From an uncultured Muribaculaceae bacterium (GTDB taxonomy: Bacteria > Bacillota_I > Bacilli_A > RF39 > UBA660), in the NCBI GenBank assembly GCA_964529195.1, contig CAZGWM010000002.1:1-41791 (forward strand): a DNA stretch of 41,791 nt, written 5' to 3'. Below are positions 1 to 8,065 of this stretch, in pieces (within the stretch, counting starts at the first letter, position 1; every line of letters begins with the position of its first letter). The translations under genes were made by a program, and so were the position numbers. The notes below the pieces were generated by a model that saw only the letters and a list, made by a program, of their open reading frames with translations, did no database searches and had not been told where the DNA came from.

Positions 1-56
1 GAACGCATGACCCTTTGATTAAAAGTCAAATGCTCTACCAACTGAGCTAACAGGAC
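1..56 (-). tRNA. tRNA-Lys (anticodon UUU), 3' part cut off by window edge
   Basis: Reverse complement reads GTCCTGT-TA-GCTC-AGTTGGTA-GAGC-A-TTTGA-CTTTTAA-TCAAA...; D arm and anticodon arm pair, anticodon TTT. Confidence 0.9.
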
Positions 57-61
57 ATATT

Positions 62-137
62 TGGCTGCCTTGGGAGGATTCGAACCGCCGAAATGTCAGA
101 GTCAAAGTCTGATGCCTTACCGCTTGGCTACAAGGCA
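62..137 (-). tRNA. tRNA-Gln (anticodon UUG)
   Basis: Reverse complement TGCCTTG-TA-GCC-AAGCGGTAA-GGC-A-TCAGA-CTTTGAC-TCTGA...TTCGAAT...CAAGGCA-G-CCA; acceptor and anticodon stems pair. One C:U mismatch in the T stem. Confidence 0.8.
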
Positions 138-142
138 GTAAA

Positions 143-226
143 TGGTGGAAGGACATAGATTTGAACTATGGAACCCTAAGGAACAGATTTACAGTCTGCC
201 GCGTTTGACCACTTCGCTATCCTTCC
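143..226 (-). tRNA. tRNA-Tyr (anticodon GUA), long variable arm
   Basis: Reverse complement GGAAGGA-TA-GCGAAGTGGTCAAACGC-GGCAGA-CTGTAAA-TCTGT...CATAG-TTCAAAT-CTATG-TCCTTCC-A-CCA. Confidence 0.92.
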
Positions 227-233
227 AAAAAAA

Positions 234-309
234 TGGTGCCGACAGAGAGAATCGAACTCCCAACCTACTGATTACAAGTCAGTTGCGCTACCAATTACGC
301 TATGTCGGC
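234..309 (-). tRNA. tRNA-Thr (anticodon UGU)
   Basis: Reverse complement GCCGACA-TA-GCG...ACTGA-CTTGTAA-TCAGT...GGGAG-TTCGATT-CTCTC-TGTCGGC-A-CCA. Confidence 0.92.
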
Positions 310-316
310 AAATAAA

Positions 317-393
317 TGGTGGGCGATGTAGGACTTGAACCTACGACCCCCTGCTTGTAAGGCAGGTGCTCTAGCCAGCTGAGCTAATCGCCC
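317..393 (-). tRNA. tRNA-Val (anticodon UAC)
   Basis: Reverse complement GGGCGAT-TA-GCTC-AGCTGGCTA-GAGC-A-CCTGC-CTTACAA-GCAGG-GGGTC-GTAGG-TTCAAGT-CCTAC-ATCGCCC-A-CCA. Confidence 0.93.
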
Positions 394-400
394 ATTTAAA

Positions 401-489
401 TGGTGCCCGAGGCCAGACTTGAACTGGCACAAGGTTTAATCCTCGCAGGATTTTAAGTCCTGTGCGTCTACCGGTTCCGCCACTCGGGC
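401..489 (-). tRNA. tRNA-Leu (anticodon UAA), long variable arm
   Basis: Reverse complement GCCCGAG-T-GGCGGAACCGGTAGACGC-ACAGGA-CTTAAAA-TCCTG...GCCAG-TTCAAGT-CTGGC-CTCGGGC-A-CCA. Confidence 0.92.
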
Positions 490-520
490 GGGCACTTGTC
501 TAATTAAATAAGACTATATG

Positions 521-549
521 AGTATAACTCACTTTATTTTTTTTTTCAA
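521..549 (-). promoter_or_regulatory. Sigma-A-type promoter for the tRNA array
   Basis: Minus strand TTGAAA (549..544), 17-nt spacer, TATACT (526..521), about 30 nt upstream of the tRNA-Leu 5' end. Confidence 0.5.
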
Positions 550-585
550 GACTTATTTGTGATATTAAAGTATTTTTAATACTTT

Positions 586-939
586 TTACATTTTTTCTTT
601 GTTTATTTCTTCAATCTTAGTGTTTATCCAACTATTTAAGCTATTTTTAAGTGGAAGAAAGCCTTTTAGTGTTTGTTTTACTATTTGTTTTTCTGACCCA
701 TATTTATAATTTATATTTTTAATTGATAAGGTTAAAGTTTTTTCAGTTTCATTTATATCTCGTATTTCAGTATATACTTCTTCGCCTACTTCAGTAAATG
801 AATTTATATCTGATACAAATGAACTTGTTATTTCTGATATGTGAATTAATCCGGTGTAATTGTTATCTACATATATAAATATTCCATAGTCTTCTATTCC
901 AGTTACTTTTCCTTTTATTATATCTCCTATTTTATACAT
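586..939 (-). CDS. S1 RNA-binding domain protein (YugI/general stress protein 13-like)
   Basis: ATG with AGGAGAT RBS. N-terminal S1/OB pattern GDIIKGKVTGIEDYGIFIYV...GLIHISEI. Confidence 0.85.
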   Translation of the reverse strand: MYKIGDIIKGKVTGIEDYGIFIYVDNNYTGLIHISEITSSFVSDINSFTEVGEEVYTEIRDINETEKTLTLSIKNINYKYGSEKQIVKQTLKGFLPLKNSLNSWINTKIEEINKEKM

Positions 940-1022
940 TGATATCTCCTCTTTGTTAATTATATCATAATATCCTTTACTAATATTTTTTTATTATGTA
1001 TAATTTATTTAGGTGATAAATT

Positions 1023-1247
1023 ATGGAAGAAAAAATAATTGAAGTTATTGATAAAATGAAACCATACATGAATAGTCATGGTGGAGATATAGACTTTGTT
1101 AAATACGAAGATAATAATGTTTTTGTTAAGTTATCAGGATTATGCGGTTCATGCCCTTATCAAAGTATAACTCTTCAAAACGGACTTTATAGAGCCATTC
1201 AAAGTGAAGTTCCTGAAGTTAATGAACTTATTGTTGTAGATTTATAA
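1023..1247 (+). CDS. NifU-like (Nfu C-terminal domain) Fe-S cluster protein
   Basis: AGGTGA RBS. HGGDIDFV...GLCGSCP CxxC motif and size typical of single-domain NifU-like proteins. Confidence 0.85.
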   Translation: MEEKIIEVIDKMKPYMNSHGGDIDFVKYEDNNVFVKLSGLCGSCPYQSITLQNGLYRAIQSEVPEVNELIVVDL

Positions 1248-1252
1248 TTTAA

Positions 1253-1275
1253 ATAGCATATGCTATTTTTTTTTT
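1253..1275 (+). terminator. Rho-independent terminator after the NifU-like gene
   Basis: Palindrome ATAGCATATGCTAT followed by a run of T. Confidence 0.6.
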
Positions 1276-1276
1276 G

Positions 1277-1302
1277 CATAAAAAAACCTAATTTCTTAGG
1301 TT
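1277..1302 (-). terminator. Rho-independent terminator after the 180-aa gene
   Basis: Minus strand AACCTAAGAAATTAGGTT hairpin overlapping the stop codon, followed by TTTTTTT. Confidence 0.6.
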
Positions 1303-1843
1303 ATAATACTTTATTTGGAGTTGGTTGTTGATCAAATATGTTTACTCCACCGTCTCCCATACTAAATGGGAATATTTCTTGGTTATTTTCTAAAGTAGGT
1401 GCTATTTCTTGCACTGGTTCTTCTTGTACTGAAGCTTCAGGAACTGGCATTACTGGTTGTTCTGGTGCTACCATTACTTGCTCCTCAGGTTTTGGTACTG
1501 TTACAGGAATAACCGGAGATATATCACTAACTTTAGTTTTTACTAAAGAATTTTTTAATAATTCAAGCTGAGCTTCAATATTTTTTATTACTTCTAGTAC
1601 ATCTAATTCTTCATTTAAATTTACTTCTTGTTTTAAAGGCGCTACTTCTTCAGATAACATTTGGGCTGTTGTTGGCTCTAAGTTTGGAGCTACTTCTGGA
1701 GCTGCAGGAGCTACTTCTGGCGCAGAATCAAATTTGTTTGCTATTTGTTTTCTTAAGTTTTCGTCTAAAAATTGAAGATGTCTTTCTCTTAGCACATCTA
1801 TTTTATCTCTATCTAATAAAATTGGTTTTACTTGATTGTTCAA
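1301..1843 (-). CDS. Hypothetical Pro/Glu/Val-rich protein (APEVAP repeats), TTG start
   Basis: TTG start 5 nt after a strong AGGAGGAA RBS lying in the end of the upstream gene. Low-complexity PE-rich middle, no recognisable domain. Confidence 0.6.
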   Translation of the reverse strand: MNNQVKPILLDRDKIDVLRERHLQFLDENLRKQIANKFDSAPEVAPAAPEVAPNLEPTTAQMLSEEVAPLKQEVNLNEELDVLEVIKNIEAQLELLKNSLVKTKVSDISPVIPVTVPKPEEQVMVAPEQPVMPVPEASVQEEPVQEIAPTLENNQEIFPFSMGDGGVNIFDQQPTPNKVL

Positions 1844-1844
1844 T

Positions 1845-2138
1845 TTAGTTTCCTCCTACTTCGAGATAGCTTATATTTTGATCAGTTGTATCTGTTAATA
1901 TTGCTCTCATTACATTTTTTAAAGATGTCCATTCATCATCGGTCATACTATCTCCTAAAATAAGTGGACTTTCTGTATTTGTTATTTCTGCTACGTACAT
2001 TTTAACTAAGTTATTTTCTACTACTTCGTTTCTTGTATAAAATACGTATTTTTTTCCTAAGCTTAAAAGTTCAAATGCACTAATTAGTTCAGCTGTAACT
2101 ATTTCTCCATTTGAAAATTGTACTTGAATATTCTTCAT
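1845..2138 (-). CDS. Small conserved protein, possibly DUF1292 family
   Basis: GAGGTAA RBS. The pattern ...ELISAFELLSLGKKYVFY...MYVAEI...DDEWTSLKNVM resembles the DUF1292 layout (GK-Y-V, later D-EEW). Assignment by eye only. Confidence 0.6.
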   Translation of the reverse strand: MKNIQVQFSNGEIVTAELISAFELLSLGKKYVFYTRNEVVENNLVKMYVAEITNTESPLILGDSMTDDEWTSLKNVMRAILTDTTDQNISYLEVGGN

Positions 2139-2184
2139 ATTGTTACCTCGCTATTCTGTTATAATCATATCATAAAAAAATCGC

Positions 2185-2466
2185 TTATTCAACGACTTTT
2201 TCGATTATAAAGTATTTACAATCATAAGCACATTTTGTTTTTAAATATTCTTCATGGTTTTTAAAATTATTTATTTTACTCACCTTTTTATTATTTTCTT
2301 TATAAAAGCCTTTTAGTCTTACTTTTCCGTATGCCCAGTCTCCTAGTATATAGTCATAACTATGAAAATAATCAGTATATTTTTCTTTTAATGCTTCTAA
2401 ATCAAATCCATCTTTATAATTTTTATTTAATTTATATTTTATATTATCTAATGTTATTGTATTCAT
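2185..2466 (-). CDS. yutD: YutD-like protein (DUF1027)
   Basis: GGGAGGT RBS. KDGFDLEALKEKYTDYFHSYDYILGDWAYGKVRLKGFY matches the conserved YutD core as I recall it. Confidence 0.75.
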   Translation of the reverse strand: MNTITLDNIKYKLNKNYKDGFDLEALKEKYTDYFHSYDYILGDWAYGKVRLKGFYKENNKKVSKINNFKNHEEYLKTKCAYDCKYFIIEKVVE

Positions 2467-2469
2467 TTA

Positions 2470-3264
2470 TTACCTCCCGTAAAATATAAATGCGATTATT
2501 AATCCGATCATTATTTCAGTTGTAATTACGCTTAATATCACTATTGTATCAACAAATCCACTTCCACTTGTTAAGACTAATTGCTTTGGATTGTCAATTG
2601 ATATTCCGCCACCTACATTTGATTCTTCTGCTATTATTCTAGCGTTTATTTCATCTATCTTATAATTAGGTAGTCTTGTTACTTCTTCAAGTTTTAAACC
2701 ATATCTTAAATAAAGTTCTGTTGGAAGTAATTTAGGTTTTATTATCTCAAGCTTTATATTACTATTTAGCTGAGCTTTTTTTCTTAGCCATATTTTATTT
2801 ATTTTAGTTATTTCTTCATTTATTAGTGTTCTTACTTTATTTATAGATGTTGTCATGTTACTAAAGTACTGATCATATATATATATTTCTTCTTCTGGTA
2901 TTTTTTTATTTGCATTCTTTTTTAGAATCATATTTATTAATGTTAATTCAATTGAGTTTAGAAGATGAGTTTTCTCACCTGGTTTTGATGTATATATCCA
3001 CTCATGATACTTTCCAATATTATTTAAAAATACATTTACTTCAGAATCAAGAATTCCATATACAGTTAGATTTTTTTTTAATGTTTCTTCATTTAGTGAT
3101 TTGTATGGATTTGTTATATTTATCTCGCCATATATATCCGTTAACATTTTTATAATTGAAAATTCGGCAATTGAGACTCCCATTACTCCATCACCGTTTT
3201 TATAACTAATATAACTTTTTATACCAGTTTCAATTCCTTTGTTTATAAATGTTTTTGGTTCCAT
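2470..3264 (-). CDS. Hypothetical protein with C-terminal transmembrane anchor
   Basis: 264-aa ORF with RBS GGCGGAAG. Single hydrophobic helix at the extreme C-terminus (FVDTIVILSVITTEIMIGLIIAFIFYG). Confidence 0.65.
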   Translation of the reverse strand: MEPKTFINKGIETGIKSYISYKNGDGVMGVSIAEFSIIKMLTDIYGEINITNPYKSLNEETLKKNLTVYGILDSEVNVFLNNIGKYHEWIYTSKPGEKTHLLNSIELTLINMILKKNANKKIPEEEIYIYDQYFSNMTTSINKVRTLINEEITKINKIWLRKKAQLNSNIKLEIIKPKLLPTELYLRYGLKLEEVTRLPNYKIDEINARIIAEESNVGGGISIDNPKQLVLTSGSGFVDTIVILSVITTEIMIGLIIAFIFYGR

Positions 3265-3277
3265 ACTTCCGCCTATA

Positions 3278-4024
3278 TTAAAATATATTTAAATAATTAT
3301 TTAAGACAAATAGTGCCAGTCCTAGTATTATTACTATGAATAAAAATACTAATACTTTGATTAAAACTGAGTTTGATTTTAAGTCTTCTTCAAAGTCACT
3401 ATAATCTTCAAAGTCTTTTTCTAGTACTTTCATATTACCAGTAAAGAATGTGTTTTCTTTCACTGTTTCAGTTAATTCTTCTGTTTTACTTAAATCAAGT
3501 AAGTCACTTGCTTCTTTTTGTGAGTTTTCTTGGTTTCTTAATTCTAGTTCTGTTATTGTATTTATTAATGTCATTAGTTCTTTTTCTTCTTCATGATCTG
3601 GCTCAATTCCAATATTTAAACTAGCAAGTATATCGCTGTTTGTGTTATGAAGTTTTTTTAATCTATCTTGAAGATAATCAACTCTTTGTTCTGATTTAGC
3701 TTTAGCGATTATTTCATTTATATCATATTCTTTTGTATCATATTTTTTATCTTCATTTTTATAATCATCTAAATGCTCTGATGTTATGTCAATAGATTTT
3801 CTTTTGGGTAAGTTGTCTCTATATTTTTTATCAAGCATTTCTCTTATTTTATCTATGTTAACATCATCACCACTATTATTTAAAACAGATATATTTGAAT
3901 TTAAATCTATTTCTTGATAATTACTTATAAAAGTAGATTGATAAAGATCTTTTTTTAGCTCTGTTCTACTTTTGTATTCTGGTGTATCAGAATCATATTT
4001 TTCCATTCGTGAACCTGTTTTCAT
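3278..4024 (-). CDS. Hypothetical charged protein with C-terminal transmembrane anchor
   Basis: 248-aa ORF, highly charged, helix VLIKVLVFLFIVIILGLALFVL near the C-terminus. The start could instead be the internal Met (MEKYDS). Confidence 0.6.
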   Translation of the reverse strand: MKTGSRMEKYDSDTPEYKSRTELKKDLYQSTFISNYQEIDLNSNISVLNNSGDDVNIDKIREMLDKKYRDNLPKRKSIDITSEHLDDYKNEDKKYDTKEYDINEIIAKAKSEQRVDYLQDRLKKLHNTNSDILASLNIGIEPDHEEEKELMTLINTITELELRNQENSQKEASDLLDLSKTEELTETVKENTFFTGNMKVLEKDFEDYSDFEEDLKSNSVLIKVLVFLFIVIILGLALFVLNNYLNIF

Positions 4025-4079
4025 ATCATCACCACTCTAAAGCAATAATACCATATAATGTCAATAAATGGAATATTTG

Positions 4080-4108
4080 TTGAGTTAATTTCAGCTTCTG
4101 TATATAAT
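4080..4108 (+). promoter_or_regulatory. Sigma-A-type promoter for the ferredoxin gene
   Basis: TTGAGT (4080..4085), 17 nt, TATAAT (4103..4108). The -10 overlaps the ATG at 4107, which argues for the 4125 start. Confidence 0.45.
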
Positions 4109-4124
4109 GGAGTTGGAGGATAAT

Positions 4125-4304
4125 ATGAAAGTTGAAATTTTAAAAGATTCATGTATTTCATGTGGTTTATGTATGCAGATGAACAATGAAGTATTTGATT
4201 ATGATGAAGATGGAAAAAGTAAAGTTATTAAACAACTAGTTAATGAAGATGTAAAAAATATTGCCGATATGTGTCCAACTGGAGCAATACTAATTACAGA
4301 ATAA
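4125..4304 (+). CDS. Small 4Fe-4S ferredoxin
   Basis: CISCGLC...CPTGAI cluster motifs. ATG 4125 preceded by GGAGGA, preferred over the ORF-track start at 4107. Confidence 0.8.
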   Translation: MKVEILKDSCISCGLCMQMNNEVFDYDEDGKSKVIKQLVNEDVKNIADMCPTGAILITE

Positions 4305-4327
4305 AAAAAGGATTTAATCCTTTTTTA
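4303..4327. terminator. Bidirectional terminator between convergent ferredoxin and trmL
   Basis: AAGGAT-TTA-ATCCTT hairpin flanked by an A-run and a T-run. Confidence 0.6.
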
Positions 4328-4834
4328 ATTTTCATATATAAGGTCTTTTGATTTGTGTGGTTCATATGTTTTTAAATTTGGGTACTCTCTTTGTCTTAAT
4401 GCTTCATATATTATGATTGAAGCAGCATTAGATAAGTTAAGCGCTCTTATATTTTCATTCATAGGAATTCGCATACAAAAGTTTAAGTTATTTTTTAATA
4501 TTTCTTTTGGAATTCCATTTGTTTCGCTGCCTAAAATAAAATATATATTTTCATCTTTATTACTATAATCAAAACTTGAATGCGTTTTTTTTCCATATCT
4601 AGTTAAGTAATAATATGTTCCTTTATTTTCTTTATAAAAGTTTTCTATATTTTCATATATTTTATAATTGCATTTATCTAAATAATTTACGCCACTTCTT
4701 TTAATATATTTATCATCTAAACTAAAGCCAAGTGGTTTTATTAAATGCAGATATGTATTTGTTCCAGCACATGTCCTCATTATATTACCAGTATTCCCTG
4801 GTATTAAAGGCTCATATAATACGATGTTTAACAT
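4325..4834 (-). CDS. trmL: tRNA (cytidine/uridine-2'-O)-methyltransferase TrmL (SpoU family)
   Basis: LNIVLYEPLIPGNTGNIMRTC, LGSETNGIP and IPM..NIRALNLSNAASIIIYEALRQ motifs. ATG at 4834 preferred over the TTG at 4843. Confidence 0.88.
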   Translation of the reverse strand: MLNIVLYEPLIPGNTGNIMRTCAGTNTYLHLIKPLGFSLDDKYIKRSGVNYLDKCNYKIYENIENFYKENKGTYYYLTRYGKKTHSSFDYSNKDENIYFILGSETNGIPKEILKNNLNFCMRIPMNENIRALNLSNAASIIIYEALRQREYPNLKTYEPHKSKDLIYEN

Positions 4835-4835
4835 A

Positions 4836-5339
4836 TTACTCAATTACTTCATGTTTATCAATTAATTGCATGAATTTACCAGTATCTATAATTGATGGAT
4901 CACTATTTATTACATCAATTACTTTTCCATCTTTATAATAGATTATGCTTGGTAATTTAGTTATTATATGTTCTTTTAAGTTTAATTTTTTATTTATATC
5001 TTTTATATAGTTTTCATCATTTAGTTTTTCATTTACATTTAAGTAAAGAACATTATCTAGTATTTCGTTATCACGAAGTACTTTTTTAAATTTGGTTTCA
5101 AATTTATGTATGTCTTTATCTCCGGTATATGAAATATATAAAAATGTATCTGTTCCTAGCTCTAAAAGAGCATTATCCAGTTCATTATACTGAACTACTG
5201 ATACATATTTTGATATATATGCAGTACTTAATTTTTCTTCCTCGTAGTTTTTATATAGGTTTGTTGACCCGATTGTAAGTAATATTGTTCCCAATAATAT
5301 TAAAGTTAAGTTTAAGTAATTTTTTTTACTTTGTTTCAT
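4836..5339 (-). CDS. Membrane-anchored thioredoxin-fold protein lacking CxxC
   Basis: N-terminal TM helix. C-terminal LPSIIYYKDGKVID resembles the thioredoxin cis-Pro strand, but no CxxC is present. Confidence 0.55.
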   Translation of the reverse strand: MKQSKKNYLNLTLILLGTILLTIGSTNLYKNYEEEKLSTAYISKYVSVVQYNELDNALLELGTDTFLYISYTGDKDIHKFETKFKKVLRDNEILDNVLYLNVNEKLNDENYIKDINKKLNLKEHIITKLPSIIYYKDGKVIDVINSDPSIIDTGKFMQLIDKHEVIE

Positions 5340-5354
5340 TTTATCACCAATTAA

Positions 5355-5383
5355 ATTATACCATAATGATTATTAAAATGTAA
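5355..5383 (-). promoter_or_regulatory. Extended -10 promoter for the 4836..5339 gene
   Basis: Minus strand TTACAT, 17 nt, TGgTATAAT just upstream of the GGTGA RBS. Confidence 0.45.
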
Positions 5384-5416
5384 TTCATTATATTTTTCGA
5401 GCTTATCCCTGTAATA

Positions 5417-5442
5417 AAATTTTACACTAGAATGTAAAATTT
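5417..5442. promoter_or_regulatory. Perfect 10-bp inverted repeat (candidate operator)
   Basis: AAATTTTACA-ctagaa-TGTAAAATTT. Further TGTAAA/TTTACA copies lie at 5446-5459, 5477-5482 and 5510-5515, overlapping the downstream promoter. Confidence 0.4.
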
Positions 5443-5475
5443 AACGTAAATGTTTTACATTTCATTACTTTCTTA

Positions 5476-5504
5476 TTGTAAAGTAAGCGACCAGATAATA
5501 TAAT
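5476..5504 (+). promoter_or_regulatory. Sigma-A-type promoter for the 5532..6158 gene
   Basis: TTGTAA (5476..5481), 17 nt, TATAAT (5499..5504). RBS AGAGAGG, then GTG at 5532. Confidence 0.55.
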
Positions 5505-5531
5505 TAGATTGTAAAGAGAGGTGTCTATAAA

Positions 5532-6158
5532 GTGACTAAGAAGATTAAAATTATACTACTAATGCTTACACTTACTGTATGTATGGGTTTTATGAGTACT
5601 ACTTACTCAAGATATGTTGCTAGTGCGAAAAGTGATATTAATGCTCAATTTTCTAAATGGCAAATATTAGTTAACAATTTTGATATTACTAATCGAAAAG
5701 AATCATCAGTTGATATTACACCAGTGATTGAAGATAATACTCATGTTGCAAGTAATACATTTGCTCCTACTTCAAAAGGATACTTTGATATAGAAATTAA
5801 TCCAACTAATGTTGATGTATCATTTTTATATAATATTGATTTAAATATTGATAATGAGTCTATGCCTGATATATTAATAAATAAATATGCAATTTTACCA
5901 GATAATTATGTTGAAGGTGATAATTTAGATTTAACTATCATCGAAGATGGATCAATTACTAATACACTTCTTTATGATAATAATGCTGAGTCATTTACAT
6001 TTAATACTTTTACTATAAGAATATTCTTTGAATGGTATGAGGGTGAAGGTGAGTTTATGGATGATGAGGCAGATACTAATTTAGCTATGCTTGCTTTAAG
6101 TAATGAAACATCAGTTAAGATGAGCGCTAATATTAGATTTGAACAAGTTATTAATTAA
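5532..6158 (+). CDS. Secreted TasA/camelysin-like protein with SipW-class signal peptide (GTG start)
   Basis: MTKKIKIILLMLTLTVCMGFMSTTYSRYVAS signal. C-terminal FFEWYEGEGEFMDDEADTN...VKMSANIRFEQV resembles the terminal strands of the TasA/peptidase M73 family. Confidence 0.65.
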   Translation: MTKKIKIILLMLTLTVCMGFMSTTYSRYVASAKSDINAQFSKWQILVNNFDITNRKESSVDITPVIEDNTHVASNTFAPTSKGYFDIEINPTNVDVSFLYNIDLNIDNESMPDILINKYAILPDNYVEGDNLDLTIIEDGSITNTLLYDNNAESFTFNTFTIRIFFEWYEGEGEFMDDEADTNLAMLALSNETSVKMSANIRFEQVIN

Positions 6159-6199
6159 TTATAATATATCATACTCCTCTTTCCAGATTGTATGAATAT

Positions 6200-6225
6200 A
6201 AAAAAACAGCTTAGCTGTTTTTTTT
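6200..6225. terminator. Bidirectional terminator between convergent island genes
   Basis: AAAAAACAGC-TTA-GCTGTTTTTT hairpin with A-run and T-run flanks. Confidence 0.7.
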
Positions 6226-6226
6226 A

Positions 6227-7474
6227 TTATAAGTTTGTTTTATTCATTTCAATAACTGGTATTATATGACATAAGGCATTTTTATTTTCAGGATATATTT
6301 TAGTTCTTGTTTCGTTTTCTTTTATTACTGCAAATGCTTTTTCATTATTATATTCTTCATCTATCCAGTAACATTTACTACTTGTTAAGTATAAGTACTC
6401 TTGGTTATTAAATATGAATTTACCATTTTTAGACTCTACTTTATTAAGTATTGTATTTAATCTATTTTCATATGATAAGTTACCTATTATTCTATTTGAT
6501 ATACCAGGTATTGATATATATGAGTTTTTTATATCTTTAGATACTACCTTTAATAAATCTTCTATATTAAGAGCTCTAGTAGGCACGTTCCAAGCTGTTT
6601 GATATGAGTCTACTATATCTTTATAAGAATGGTATGTTTCTTCATTGTATGTTCTAAAAGGGTTTGGAAGAAGTGTTACTGTTTTATCTCCTAAAGTATT
6701 ATTTTCATCTATTATATAGCTTTTTATACATGTATCACTTATCGATGAGCATACATTATTATTTATTACATCAATTAGTATTTCATCTCCTAGGTTATAT
6801 CTAGGATCTGATGATGAATCATCATCTAAGTACTGGCCAGCTGTTAAGTTTATATCTACTTGAATAGATGCTTTTACTTCATATGACGGATCATTATTTT
6901 TCTTTAAAGCTTCATTTTCTTGAAATTCATGGGCTTTATTTCCCCAGTAACTATCAAGTTCATCATCTTCTGAATCAAGAGGCCACGAAACAGTTATTTC
7001 AAATGTTTCTTCTTCTCCTTTTGAGAGCATGTATTTTTTACTTAGTTTTACATTTATATTAAATGGATAATCCTGTGATATCACATCCATTATTTTTTCT
7101 GATGTTATTTCTTCTTCATCCAATATATAGTGATCTTTTTTATCTCCAAGTATTCTTGCTGATAATATATCATATGATATTTCAGCATCTGAATCTCCAA
7201 GGTTTCTTAAGGTTACATATTCTGTTTGAGGTTCCATTCCAGGATATAAATCAGATAACGACATAACTAGGTTATGAGTTACTGGTTTTCCATCTTTACT
7301 TATTTCAATATTCCAGGCTTTTACATTTACTTCAGTTCTTACTCTTAATACTCCACTATAAGCAAACCATGCAAGGGTCACTGATACAAATGATAGTGCC
7401 ATAAAAAATAGCGATGTTAAGTTCAATTTAAAATATGCTTTATAGCGTGATTTCATAAGGCACATCCCTTTCAT
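6227..7474 (-). CDS. Secreted two-domain protein: TasA-like N-terminal domain plus a C-terminal YW...PVI module, SipW-class signal
   Basis: Signal ...FFMALSFVSVTLAWFAYS. LYPGMEPQTEYVTLRNLGDSDAEISYDI and FEITVSWPLDSEDDELDSYWGN resemble TasA-type strands. The start may be the Met at 7456 (MKSRYK). Confidence 0.65.
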   Translation of the reverse strand: MKGMCLMKSRYKAYFKLNLTSLFFMALSFVSVTLAWFAYSGVLRVRTEVNVKAWNIEISKDGKPVTHNLVMSLSDLYPGMEPQTEYVTLRNLGDSDAEISYDILSARILGDKKDHYILDEEEITSEKIMDVISQDYPFNINVKLSKKYMLSKGEEETFEITVSWPLDSEDDELDSYWGNKAHEFQENEALKKNNDPSYEVKASIQVDINLTAGQYLDDDSSSDPRYNLGDEILIDVINNNVCSSISDTCIKSYIIDENNTLGDKTVTLLPNPFRTYNEETYHSYKDIVDSYQTAWNVPTRALNIEDLLKVVSKDIKNSYISIPGISNRIIGNLSYENRLNTILNKVESKNGKFIFNNQEYLYLTSSKCYWIDEEYNNEKAFAVIKENETRTKIYPENKNALCHIIPVIEMNKTNL

Positions 7475-7477
7475 ATT

Positions 7478-8053
7478 TTAGTTATTTTCTTTGTTTAGTC
7501 TCTTTTCTGCACTGTTTGATAATGTTATTGCTATTTCGTATCCAATTATTCCAACTAAAGGGACTATAATGCATAAATAAAATCCTATTTGGGTTGATAT
7601 TATTTTATATACAAATGATAGTGTTTTTACTTTATATACAATAACTCCAAGTAGCTGATCTTCATATACAGTTGGATCTTCTATTATGTTATTTAATCCT
7701 TTAGCTCTAAATTTATACTGACCCTTTGTATCTTGATCTACGCTTCTTACTTCGTGAGTTACTATTTTATCTTTTACATCTCCAACGCGACCTACATAAC
7801 TTATATCATCACCAGCTTTTACTTCTGATGCCGGTATTTCTTTTGATAATAAGACATCTCCTACGTTATATCTAGGCTCCATACTTGGTGTTACGACTGT
7901 AAACATCCTGAAATTAAAAAAGGATATTTTGTTATCACTAAATCTTTGTAAGTATACGGCTAAAACAAAGGCTATTATGAAGATTGTAAATATTGTTCCT
8001 ATTATTTTTCTTACTATTTTGCAAATTTTATTTTCTCTTAATTGTTTTAACAT
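7478..8053 (-). CDS. sipW: SipW-type (S26B, archaeal/ER-type) signal peptidase I
   Basis: N-terminal TM, catalytic TPSMEP and VTHEV boxes, AKGLNNIIEDP (GDNN-box variant) and a second C-terminal TM, as in B. subtilis SipW. Confidence 0.8.
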   Translation of the reverse strand: MLKQLRENKICKIVRKIIGTIFTIFIIAFVLAVYLQRFSDNKISFFNFRMFTVVTPSMEPRYNVGDVLLSKEIPASEVKAGDDISYVGRVGDVKDKIVTHEVRSVDQDTKGQYKFRAKGLNNIIEDPTVYEDQLLGVIVYKVKTLSFVYKIISTQIGFYLCIIVPLVGIIGYEIAITLSNSAEKRLNKENN

Positions 8054-8065
8054 TTTATCCTCCGA

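Noticed and set aside
62-137. C:U mismatch in the T stem of tRNA-Gln, suggesting a possible pseudo-tRNA
   Set aside because: All other arms, the anticodon loop, the TTCGAAT T-loop and the encoded CCA are intact, and the gene sits inside a tightly spaced array. A single mismatch is tolerable.
1-585. tRNA array as an integration hotspot or the edge of a mobile element or prophage
   Set aside because: No integrase, recombinase, direct repeat of a tRNA 3' end or phage-like gene follows the array. The neighbouring genes are small conserved housekeeping genes.
1338-1571. Plus-strand 77-aa ORF inside the 1301..1843 gene. Similar antisense ORFs in the track: 2910..3155, 4353..4568, 4732..4938, 6414..6602, 6868..7266, 8700..8897, 9706..9891, 12410..12661, 14193..14414, 14866..15123, 16856..17210, 18587..18811, 19448..19693, 21346..21621, 28842..29093, 30933..31118, 34412..34609, 35505..35708, 38031..38213, 39129..39365
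   Set aside because: All lie antisense (or out of frame) within longer ORFs that have RBSs and recognisable motifs. Their translations are low-complexity (Leu/Phe/Ile/Ser-rich) as expected from the complement of AT-rich coding sequence, and none has a convincing RBS.
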